In this document: one piece after another, positions 16,601-28,600 of the stretch
Layout of the letters: every line of letters starts with the position of its first letter
Numbering within the stretch: the stretch's first letter is position 1
Notes under the pieces: generated by a model
The model's input: only the letters and a program-made list of their open reading frames with translations
What the model was told of the DNA's origin: nothing
Database searches by the model: none
Origin: a virus
IMG/VR virus record: IMGVR_UViG_3300029197_000003
Length of the DNA: 64,000 nt
Strand: one strand, 5' to 3'
Made by a program: the position numbers and the translations under genes

Positions 16601-19600
16601 AAATATCCATCTGCGCATAATTGCGACTGCTCATAGTGATATAAGCGTTATATGGATTTTCAAAGTCTCCAAGCTTAAAGCCGCCGTTTTTCTCTATGGC
16701 GTGTTGTAAGTCCTGAAGAGGAGAAAGCATGTCAACCCACGCGGTACGTTCAAGGTGCGAACCTCTCGTCACAAGTCTTTCATAAGTATCCTTGGCAAGG
16801 ATTTCCTGCAAATTATCCAGTTCTCCGCGGAGCAAAACGGAGTGCTCCTTCTTCTCCGTGTCGGTCATCGCGTTCTTCCCAGCCTTCAATTTATAACGCA
16901 TGGCAATACGCTCCGCTTCGGCTACATAGCGTCCCTTTTCGCCTGTCTTCAAATTCTGATAGCTACACCAAAGTATATAAGCAAGTTCCCTATCGCTCAA
17001 CTCACGGTTTTTCAGGCCCAAGAACTCCAGCGCACGGTTAAACAGTCTTCGGAGGGTAGCAAACAAGCCGCGTTCTTCTGCCGTCATACGTTCAAAGTCC
17101 GTGCGCTCTGCAAGCCCTGCAAGATATTCTTCTGTGGCGGTACGGAAATTCCATCCTTTTCCGCGACGCAATTCGTTGATAGCGTCTTTCACTTCCTGCG
17201 AAGCTGCCGCAAGAACGCTGTCAAGAAAAGCATCCATCACGTTATGGCCAAATAACTCTCTCAGTCCGTGATGGGCTACGGCTTCATGCAGGATGGTCTG
17301 CGTCACGTCTGCTGCGTCAGTGTTGTTCGACAATACCACGTGGATTTGCCCCGTTCTGGTATCATACCAGCCTTTGGCCGTGGCCTCTCTTCCTTCAAGG
17401 CCTTCGGCGCTTTCATGCACGACAACTCTGCCGCCAAGGTTGAGGTTCTCGGTGGCTTTCTGCGCGGCTTGGGCTGCCTCAACCTTTATCTTGGTGATGG
17501 TTTCTTCAAGCCCAATGTCATCGTTGCGGAACATAATGCCGCCATCTGCAACATTTTTGGAAGAACTTTCGTTAATATCAAATAATGTCGGTATCTTTGC
17601 ATCCGAAGAAAGGAATTCACCAGAGTACGTTACGGACGTAGGGAGTAGGGAGTCTTTTATCTCCATAACTCGCTGGCTGATACCTTTCTTTTTTGATTTA
17701 AAGAAACTCTTTGCAGTAAGGTTTCCCTTTTTTGTACTGCACACCTCAGTCAGGTTATACAATCCGTTACCAGCATCTTTCAAGAAGAAGAACAATTTGC
17801 GTCCGTCTTTCTTGTCCACGCCATAGAGTATGCCGTCTGGCTGGTTCAACACGTCCACCATATTCTGAATATCTTCATCTGTAAGTGGCACATTGTTACC
17901 TTTGTCCTTTTCATTCTCGCCATAATGGTCTGAACGGATATGGTTCAAGTCAGATGGATTGAGAACAAAGTCCACAAACTCTTTAAACTTCAAATCCGAC
18001 AATTTCTCCAAGTATGCCTTCCCGTCTGCACTCAACCGACCGATGCTTGCTGGTTTCCCGACAAACTCTCCTGTCTTTGCTTTTTGAAACAACTCGGTTA
18101 CTCGTTTTTTCATATCTGCTATAGTTGTAGCGACTTGGTGGTTTTCTTCGACCTTACCATCACTGAACTTAGTATCACCGAATCCTGTCTTCCTGCGCAT
18201 AACCACAGTATCAGCGGCATCGAATACGGTAGGCTTACCACCATTCTTCTTACGCTTGTAGGCTTCATGTAGAATAAACGCCCAGTCCTTATCACTCCAC
18301 TTTCTCTTGCCTGGGATTTTTAATCCGTCCAGCAATTTTTGTAGAGCCTTTTGAAGTATGGTGGTTAGCTTGCCCCAGAACGTAAGTTCCTCGGCGCTCA
18401 TCGTCTCAAAGCCGCTTTCACCGATGCGTCCAGCAAGGTCGGCAGCATACTCCTCTGTGGCATCACGCCTGAACTGCTCACTCTTCTTACTTGCCTCAGA
18501 ACGAGCCTTTTCAATGTCAGTATGATATAAAGTGTTAGTATCCTCGCCCTTCGCCTCATGCTCCTTGCGCTTTCTCTCGCGCAATCGGTCCACCTCAGCA
18601 TCGTACATCTTCTGTGCCATGCGGTCAATCGTGCCGCGTATCTCGTCCTTAGACACACGATAAAGTTCATCAAGAGCATTGTTCAGCTTCGCTTCATCGG
18701 GGAACAACACACGTAAACCATCATGTCCCACAACCTCATGCACAAACGTATTTTCAATATCTGCCATGTTAGCGTTGTTTGATACTACAATAGTCACCTC
18801 GCCAGTTATAGGATTGAAGCTGCCTTTCATTCTGCGCTGACGTACACTTGGAAGTGCTGCCACTTCTGCCTCTGTGCGGATTATGCGCACAGGAGTATGC
18901 AGACGTTCAGACAACTCGGTCACTCTCTCGCTCATGGCGCTTTCCATTACTTCCTTGGGTTCTCCGACCCACTTGCCAGCCGTCTTCGCATTGATGCGTG
19001 CAATATCCTCGTTGCTGATGAATGGCAGTTGGCCCTCACGTCCAGGGATAACATCACGACCCTCCCAATTCTGCTTGTCGAGTGCAAGACTTTCTACTGG
19101 TGTCAGTTCCTTACCATCCAACTCGAAGCGATAACCCATCTTTTCCAACTCCCTGCGAACCTGCGGTACAAAGCGGTTGTAGTCTCGGTGGCTCTTCAGA
19201 GCCTCACGCTTGCCAGGATGCTTCTTCCAATACTCGTCAATCATCTTCGCCTCTTCTTCGCGTGTGAGCACCTTGTCTATTTTGCTCCAACGTGAAAGAT
19301 ACAGCGTGCGGCCGTTGTTCCACTGATGTGCGCCAGTAGGCAACAGGGCATAATCAGCATGGAATGGCTCGTCTATCTCCGATTTTGGAATGAGGCTGCG
19401 AACCACAACAAGGTTCGGTCTCTTATTTGCCTCGCCAAACTGCGTGTTCAAAGGTGTTTCAATGGCATGGTCATAGGGGTCGTATGCAGCCCACAAACCC
19501 TTGTCTTTGGGGTTCTTCTTCAGGAAGTACTGCAACTGTGCCTCCTTGGTCTTCGGCTTTACGAATTTCAAGCCATCGTTAATCTGCAACTCTGTGCTCT

Positions 19601-22600
19601 TCTTGCCGTCAACCATGATGTAGCCATTTTTGTTGAGTTCGTCTAACTTTCGCTGCTGCTCATCGGTCAGTTTTATCTGCGGTGGATTGCTGTAGTTCCA
19701 CTTTCCACCCTCCAATGTCCTGCGCTCCCCTGTCTCAGCATCGCTGAATGCCATAGGCGAACCGAGTGTATCATCCTCAAAGGCCTGCACATTGCGATAC
19801 ACTGGCACAAGTTCACTGTCTGGCAGTGCCTCCAGCTCCATTGCCTTCGGGTCGTCAGCATCCAACAAACGGAACTTGGTCTTGTCTTCTTCCGATTGAC
19901 CAAGTTTGTTATACTCGGCATCGAGTTCTTTCTGCTTGGCAATGGCTTCATCAAGTTCTTTCTGCTTGGAGAAGGGCGCATCGCCCTTAGGCATGGTCTT
20001 CAACATCTCGCTGTTGGTATCATACTCACGATGGTACACCTCGTTGTTATGAATTATCTGCTCCAACAGACTGCGGAATACAAGACCTGCCTGTGTCGGG
20101 TCTTGCGGCATTCGCTTTGTGTAACGGATGCTCCATGCGTTGTTGCCTCCAATCTGCACCTCGTAGTGTGAAGACAGCAAGTCATCGTCTGTGACAAACA
20201 CGATATCGGCACGCTGACCGAAACCTGCAAGCACCACTTTTTTATTGTTCTTCAGTTGTTCGAGTATATACTGACCAGCTTCCTTTGGTTTGTCAAAGTT
20301 CTGTCCATAATAGGAATCTTCCACGGTTACCTTGACCTTTGAGGGATATGTGCCTTTATCATCTGGTTTGAAACCCTCTCTTTGTAAGTCATGAACATCA
20401 CTATCGCTTAACGAGATAAGGCGTTTCAAGTTCTCCACTTTCTTTGTCACTGTCTCGTAGTTCTGTCTCTTGCGCTGTTGGTCACGCAAGAAACCATTAT
20501 AAAGAGACTTCAACTTCTTCACCAACTTATCTTGCTTTGATTTCTCAAAGATAATTGGATTGCCCGAAAGCAAAGCAACCATCTGTGCAGGGTCGATATT
20601 GCCGTTTTCGTCAGCATCACCCTCGTCAAAGCTACGCTCACCAGATATGGTTCCCATCTTAAACTGCGTGAACATCTTGCCCTTCGCGTCAAGTAATTGA
20701 TACTTGTATAAGTCAAGGCTTCCCTCAGTGGCATAGTAGTGTACACGTACCTTATTATTGAGGAAATCATGAGCCACAACATTGCCCTGTCTGCTACCAC
20801 GACCAATACACTGCTCCAAGTCGGCAGGTTGCCATGGCACGGTCAGCATGTGCAGGTCAGTGATGCGTGTCTGTACATTCACACCAGTACCCATGTTTCG
20901 TGTACCTCCAATAAGAATGCGTACTTTGCCGTCACGCACCTTTTGGAACAATGCTTCCTTTTCCGTATCGTTCTTCACCTGCTGAATGTAGGCTATCTCA
21001 TCACGTGGTATGCCATAGTCTTTTGTCAGTCGGTTTATAATGTCATGATATGCATCGTATTTATTGCCCTTTGTTGGAACACCAAGTTCACAGAACACAA
21101 GTTGCACGCCTTTTTGCTCCTTCATTTCGTCATACGACTTCTTGATATTGTCACAGCAATAGGAAATCTTACCAACACTATCGTCCATATCTGGGAACAC
21201 AAGGCGCGGACTGACTGCCGCTTTTGCAGATATACCCGATGCGACAAGTCCCCATGGGAATTTCTTCGGGTTTATCGGGTGAATACCAAAATAGCTACCG
21301 TCCTTGGTCCGAAGCATCTTCACAACCTCGCGGTTTATCTCTGCTACTGCATCTGACTGTGGAACAATCACCGTCTTGCCGTCCACCTTTGGCTTGGGTA
21401 GTTGCAGGTTATAGTCGTTGCGCACATCGGCTATTTCCGCATAGAGTTGCGACAATTCTGGAACATTGTCGAAATAGCGGAAACGGTCTTTCATCTTGAA
21501 CTCGTTGGAAACACCAGCCTCTAACTCTGACGAATGTACGGCAAAGGTGCTTGCCCATGCGTCAAAGGTCGGCATACCCAACTGCTCCAGTTTGCGCGGG
21601 CGCAAATAGTTGAGCAAGTTGTATATCTCAACAAGAGAGTTTGTGATGGTCGTTCCCGAAAGGAATACTGTACCCTTGTCACCTTGGTGCATCTTCTGCA
21701 AGTGACGGATGCCTGTCAGCAAAGCAACGGCTTTGTTTGAACCTGATGCTTCGCCCAATCCTGCCACATTCTGGTAACTTGTGACATAGGGCAATGATTT
21801 GAACTGATGACACTCGTCCACAAACAGATAGTCTATACCCATGTTCTCAAAGCAGAACTCGCGGTCGGTGCTACGGTCAAGTCGTTTCTCCAACTTGGCG
21901 TGCAGGTTCTGTCTGCGCTTTTCAAGCGATTTTATCTGTCGCTTGGTGAGCTGGCTCTTGTCTCCTGTGCCATAAAGGTATTCAATCATGGCATCAAGCT
22001 GTGCAAGCTGCTCATTCACTACATCGCCTTCTGCCTCCTCAGAGTGAGGTATCTTGCAATATTGCTCATGGCTAACGATGATACAGTCATAATCGTTAAG
22101 CGAGATATTAGCGAAGAACTTCTTGCGGTTCTCTGTACTGAAGTCCTTTTCTGATGGTGCAAGAACACGCGCGGTAGGATAGGCCTCCTTGAACTCGCGG
22201 GCTATCTGTGGCACTGTTGACTTCAATGCCACAATCATAGGTTTCTTGGCTATGCCCATTCTGCGCATTTCCATAATGGCAGACTGCATTACAAGTGTTT
22301 TACCTGCACCTACGATATGGTCAACGATACCGCCTCGATTATTGATGAGCATCCATACGGCATCTTTTTGATGCGGACGGAGTTCCTTGCCCATCAATCC
22401 AGGCACGTTGAGGTGTGAGCCATCCCACTTGCGGAGCACTATGCGGTTGAAGCGGTCATTGTATGCTCGTTCCATTATCTGTATTCTTGCATCGTTACCA
22501 GGCAACCATTGCTCAAAATGCTCTCTGAGGTCGGCCACCTTGCTGTTGGCAAGCTCGGTTGCCTCCTGGTCTATCCATGTGTTGCCGTCTTTGTCCTTAC

Positions 22601-25600
22601 GCACAATGCGGAAGTCCTTGTCTTCAAGTGCTACTTGGAATATCTCCTTGATGCTCTTGTCGGCTGTCTTCCAATCATCTGCCTGTCCTCCAAGTTCCTT
22701 TTCTTCAATATTGATTTCAAAGGAGTCGGTTTCGGGAACGTACACCACACCACTCTTGATGATTTCTCTACGCTCACCGTCAACCCACTCATAGTTGCGT
22801 GAAGACGATGCGTGCAATCCAAGGGTCTCTTTCACAAAGTCGTTGAGCACTTCTTGTGGTATCCATCGTGCACCAAGGTGTATTGTGATGTCGTCGAATG
22901 GTATAGTGGCTGGCTGCACCTGTTCCAACTCCTTGACATTGCGTTCAAAGGTCGGGTCTGTTGCAGCTGCGGTCTTTGCCTCCTCCAATTTGGCTACTAC
23001 ATCGCCACTGAGGTATTCATCGCGTGTTACATAACGGTCTGTGGCATTAGGCTCCTTGAAAACAAGGTCGCCACACTGCTCAAACCAGTCTGCGCCCAAC
23101 GTCTTTTCGATATACTCGCCACGGATTTCACCATATTCTGCTAACGAGGTGGTTATGGCTTCCTGCGGTGTCTTAGCATCTTCAAGTTTGAGGGCTGGCT
23201 TGATTGTGTTCTTGGTGAAGATGTCGGACAATCCTTGGAACTTGCCGCCTTTCCATACTTCAAGTGCTTGCAGTGTATAGCCGTCAATGTCACTGAGGAT
23301 AACAGCGTTGTCGGTGTCCTGCAATTTGCCGTACTTGCTGACGAACTCACCGTAGGCTCGTTTGAGCTTGGCACGTAGCATGTTGAGCTTCGTGTCCGAA
23401 AGTCCATCAATCTGCCCTGCAATGAGTTCTTTCATGGCTGTACGCACCTCGCCCATGGCAATAATGCGCATCTTCTGCTTAGCCAGCTGTGGCTGCTCCT
23501 CAAACACTCTTGTCACCTCGCCATACTCATTCTTGGTGGCGGTCAGCACACCGACCTTGCCGTCTTGAATAACAAGGTTGCCTGTACTTACCCAGTTGCC
23601 ATCACCTTTATACTCCTCACGAACGGCTTGTTTAACCTCACGTGATGTGCGTGTGGTGTCAAAGAGCATTCCCTTGCGGTCGCCAACAATGCGCTTCACT
23701 GCTTTCTCCACCTCCTTGGCTATCTGGTCGGTGGTCAGTTCGCTATGCAAGCCGAAACTCTTGTCGTTATATTGGTTCCCTGCCACTACATCGCCTATCA
23801 TGTTCTTGCGGTTGCTCGCATAGTAGGCATTGTGCGACACCTTTTGCTTCTCACCATTGCGTTTGTTGGGTGCAGTGGTCTCGGCAGAAGACAGAAATGC
23901 TTGTTCGCGTGCAACATAGTCGGGGTTCTCGCGCGTCTTTTGTGCATCCTCTTCATCTTTCCACTTGCGGATATAGATGATGTCGGCCATTGCGCCTGTG
24001 CCTTGGAATGTGTTGTCGGGCAGTCTGACTGCTCCGAGGAACTCGCCCTGCTCGGCAATGTATCTACGGATATGCTGGTTACTCTGCGTATCCATCACAG
24101 CAGGACTTGTCATCATGGCAACAATTCCGCCAGGACGTGTAAGTTCGAGCATCTTCACAGCATAGTAGTTGTGAATTCTCTTCTGTGCCGACCGCTTAAT
24201 AGGGCTATTGTCGTTCTTCCATGTCGGGTCGTTTACTTCGATGTCACCAAATGGCACGTTACTTGTCACCACATCTTGCGAGTTCGGTGTAAGTCCTGAC
24301 TTTTCAAAGCCACAAATGCGCACATCAGCATCTGGATAAAGGGCGCGTGAAATCTGTCCCGAAAGCCAGTCAAGTTCAACGCCAGTTATCATTGTGCGCC
24401 CTTGAATGTCCTTCGGAAGTGTTCCCTCAAAGATACCGTTGCCCATTGAGGGGTCAAGGAAAGTGCCACCTTTGAAACCTGCAAGCGAGAGGAAAGAGTT
24501 CATCGCACTTGCAATCTTGGTCGGAGTATAGTATGACGATAGGGCAGCTCGCTTGATACCTGCAAACACGCCTTTCTTGCCATCTGGGTCAAGCGTGTCT
24601 ATTGCATCTGCGAGTCTATGGTATGGCGAATTGCCGTAGGTGTTCCTGCGCATCTGGTCAACCGAATAGAACTTGCTCAGCTGGTCTATCTGTCCCCAAC
24701 CACGGAAACGAGAAAGTATCTGTTTTTCCTCATCGGTGGCCTTACGTCCCTCTTTGAAGAGTTTGGCTATTACCTCAATGGCTGACACATTGCCCTCCAA
24801 ACGCTGTGCAGGAGTGTAGTTGTCGGCTTCATTGCCGTCTGTGCCATAGTGGAAGTTATTTGTAAACTTGCGCACAGGTGTACGCTGCTTCTTTACGGCA
24901 GAAGGTCTACTTCCCTCGCCAGTGGAGCTGGCAGGTTCTCCCGAAGAAAGTTCTTTTCCTCCTCCGTCAGTCTCTCCTGTCTGAACAGTGCGCGGTCCAG
25001 CAACTCGTCCACGCTCATCCGTGGCTCCGTTGGAAACTGTTCTATTAGCTGCGCTCTCATCACGTCCCCGATTTCCGACTGGTGGTTGTATTCCCCCGAC
25101 CTCATCAGTTCCATGTACTGCTCCGTCAGCTGCTTCTCGTCCGTTCTCACGGCTTGCATCAGTTGACCGCTCTCCGTCAGTTCCTGTAACTGCTGTGGTG
25201 CGTTTTCCTCCATCAGTTCCAGTTTCATCAATGCCCACGGTGTTCGGGCGTTCTCCTCCAGCCACTGTTTGGCTTGGGCTACTGCTATTGCTGTCTGCTG
25301 TTCCATTATTATTCGGTTTATCGAGCGGCCCAGCAAACAAATCGCCTACTGGCTGCTCTGGTTTAACTTTCTTAGTTGTCTTTTGGGCTGCTGATTTAGG
25401 TTTGCCTACTGGCTTTTCTGATGCAGTATGCTGAACACCGCCATTTTCAGAACGCCTCGTCACATCATCATTAATATGTATGCCTTCTGGCAATGCCGCA
25501 ACTGCATCCTCGTTAATACCATCCTCGTAGAAGTAGCCACCCTCATCATTTTTAGATACTATATGTCTCTTTGCAAAAGCCTTATCAGCTATCTTTTCAC

Positions 25601-28600
25601 TAAAACCCTTGTCATTAAGCAACTTCTTGTAAGTTTCCACATAACCATCCTTACGCAAAGACAGACGCACATCCGTCATGATTCTCTCACCCAAAAGTGT
25701 ACGAGCAGCTTGCGCATCAGGATTATTATCCACAAGTTCCTTGAATAACGGATGTTCCGTTATACGCTTGATAAGTTCAGTGTCGCTGATTGTGTTTGAT
25801 TCTGGCTTATGGCGCAACTGGTCGGGATGAGCATTAACCCACAAGACAGGAGCAAGACCTGTATCTATGAGGTAACCTCCCTCATCATTAGGATGCGCCA
25901 CAACAGCATCAGTCCATGTGCGGCCACCATCGGTTGAATACTGCACCTTGTCACCTGCTGCAAACTTACCATCTGAAACCTCAGTACGCTCAGGTAGATA
26001 CTTGTAGACTTCACGCTTCACCTTATCCAACAGTTCTGAATACGTCACGTCTTTGTTAACCCATACATTTATGCCATAGCGTCTGTCATAGCGGCCATTG
26101 CCATTAGGATTATCCACGCGAAACATGATACGAGTCACTTTGAGGTTGTCACCTTCAAATTTGGCAACACCTCTACCTGCTGATGGTACGAGTTGAATAT
26201 TCACATACAGCTCACGCCCCTCTTCCAATGGCAAGTGCATACTAACATCACCTCCTAAAGGAGCAATGTTTGCCACAGCAAGCGGTTTCGTCTTGCGTTT
26301 ACCTTTCTTGTCGGCCTCTCCGTGTGTAGCCTCGAAGCGGTCAAGTCCAAGGTCGTCAATCAACTGACTTGCAAGGTTTGCCGCATCCTTCACGGCCTTC
26401 TTCTCTGCATTACGCATGTAGCCGTATGCCTCGTTGTAGTCCTTCTCCACCTGCTCAGCCTCATAGTAGCCAAGCAGGGCAAGCTGCTCATTTACCTTGT
26501 CGAGGGTTTCGTCTACTCTTTCGGATGCTCCTCCAAGTTCTTGTCTATCGCTTGAAGTTTCTGCGAGATTTTCAACTTCGCTTGCAACAGACGTTGCTTT
26601 GCTTCCAATAGCATCTGTATTTGCTGCTGTCTGTTTTTCGGTTTCTTTTCGTTGCTCATTTCTTGTTGCTTTTAATTCATTGTTTGCTTTTTCTGCTGCC
26701 ACTTGTGCCTTGCCTTCCTCAACTATCATATTGGCTTGGGCAAACACATCTTTATGAGGCTTATCGAAGTTCTCCACATCAAAGGCATCAACTTCCTCTG
26801 TAGGAGTAAACATCGCTTGGTCATAACCAGGAATGCGTTTTGCACCCTCATAAAACGATTTCAGCCACGGCTTGATTTTATAGCCGAGACGGCTGACCAT
26901 TGCCTTTGCAAATTCGGGGAATTTCACAAAGCCTTGGTCAATATACCCCAATGAGTAGTTCACACCTGCATTGTACACAAAACGTCTCTGTTGAGAGGTC
27001 ATCGCATCGGGGTCACGGAACTTTATACCTCCGTCCAACTCTTCATCGCCAATACCAAGCAATTCACGAAGAATGTCCTCATCATGTTTCATTTCATCAG
27101 TAATGACAAGTTTCTTCTCACCATTCAGCTTTGGTTGCTCAGCTTTAGTCGGCTCTGATGGCTTCTGCTCTGCCACATCTGCGACCTCTACACGGTTTGC
27201 AGGCTTCTTGGCTGCGGTCTTCTTGCTTGCCGTTGGCTTCTTCGGCTCCACTGCATCGCGAAGCTCCTGCGCTGTCATTGGCTGATTATCTGCAACGGCT
27301 TCCTCATTACCAACCATTTCTGCGGCCTTGCGTGCGTCCTCTTCACTACGGAACATCCAACCACCGCTCTCACGGTCTTTCCAACCGCGTGCTGGGGCAA
27401 AGCGTCCCTCGCCTATACGCTCCTTAGCAAACTCCTTGACAGCACGCTCTTGGTCGGCTGTCAAGTTATGGTCAAACGTGAGCAGTGAAACATCACTCGT
27501 CTTACCTTTCTTGTTGGTATAGGTAGATGGAGTGATGGTGTACCCCTTGCTCTCGCTTGTTTTGGTCTGCTTTGTTTCAGCCTTTGTAGGTGTCGCTTCT
27601 TCCTTAGCAGGAGCATTGCCTATTGTCTCTTTCTTCACCCCAGCATACTCCGCAAAAGGTTTGGTCTTTCTCTTGCTCGACTCTATCCACTTTTCAAAGT
27701 CTTCGAGGTTCACTGCCGTCACGTCAATTCTGCGCCCATTCTCCCAACCCTTTTCATAGTTGGAAAGATAGGCGTTCCGTGCCTCTTCCATACTGTTGAA
27801 GCCAAGCATCACCTTGTGTTCGTCAAACGTGCCGTCTGGGTTGTACTGGTCAACCACAAACACATATTTGCCGTCCCACTTATCCATATCTTCTGCAAGG
27901 AACACGTCTATATGGTCGCCGTCCACGCCCTCCGTGCCACGGATATAGCCGTAGGTATTGTTCATCTTCACGCTCCACTTCTTGCCATTGGCATCCGTAC
28001 CGCTACGCTCGCTTCCCTTTGGGTTTTCGATGGTAACGTCAAACGCGCCAACCTTCACGTGGCCCATTTTGTAGTTACCTGCCTTCTTCTGGGCTTCGGT
28101 GGGAGAGGTCTCTACTTCGGCCGACGCGGATTTTACAGCGGATTGGGTGGAATTTTTCGGTCTGTTTTCTTGGGTGGATGGGGAGGATTCTGTAACTTTG
28201 TCGGTAGATAACTCCCTTTCAGCAGGATATTGGTCGGAATTGGGCCGACCCAGAAGTGCCTCTTGTTCGGGAGTTATTTCTTTGCTCTTATATATGATTT
28301 CCTCATTTTCAGAAAGATTTGCATTACTCCTACGACCAAACAGAGTAGTTATAGCGTTTACTTCTATGTCTCGTCCAGCGTTTTTCACATCAGCGCCGAC
28401 AACAACATAATCCCCTTTTTCTGTTTTAAGTGCAGTATATATACGGAATCCCTTCTCTTTATTTTTAAGCTGCGTTATAGCAAACGGATGCTCAATTGCA
28501 TGAGGAATTTGCTCCCATTCAGACTTTGTAAAATCATGCGAACCATCCTTTCCGAAATGACGCGCAATCACACCATACCTGATAGTGAATTTTGAGCCAG

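Noticed and set aside
16755-24299. Many 100-200-aa antisense (plus-strand) ORFs inside the giant gene, for example 20739-21356, 23745-24299, 17293-17826 and 16755-17255.
   Set aside because: They lie entirely within a much longer ORF that is rich in motifs. Their translations are Cys/Leu/Ser-rich and low in complexity, as is typical of antisense frames, and they lack operon context.
24893-25336. A 147-aa same-strand alternative-frame ORF inside the giant gene. Its translation looks helical and protein-like (MLGRSINRIIMEQQ...DELLDRALFRQERLTEEEKNFLRENLP), suggesting an overprinted gene.
   Set aside because: Several frames, including two plus-strand frames, are open here because of the biased G/A/C-rich composition of the low-complexity linker. 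The main frame must stay continuous to join the flanking domains. G/T/D/E/R-rich disordered linkers ahead of the methylase module are usual in this protein class. There is no independent start context. It would only be worth revisiting with ribosome profiling or frame-specific conservation.
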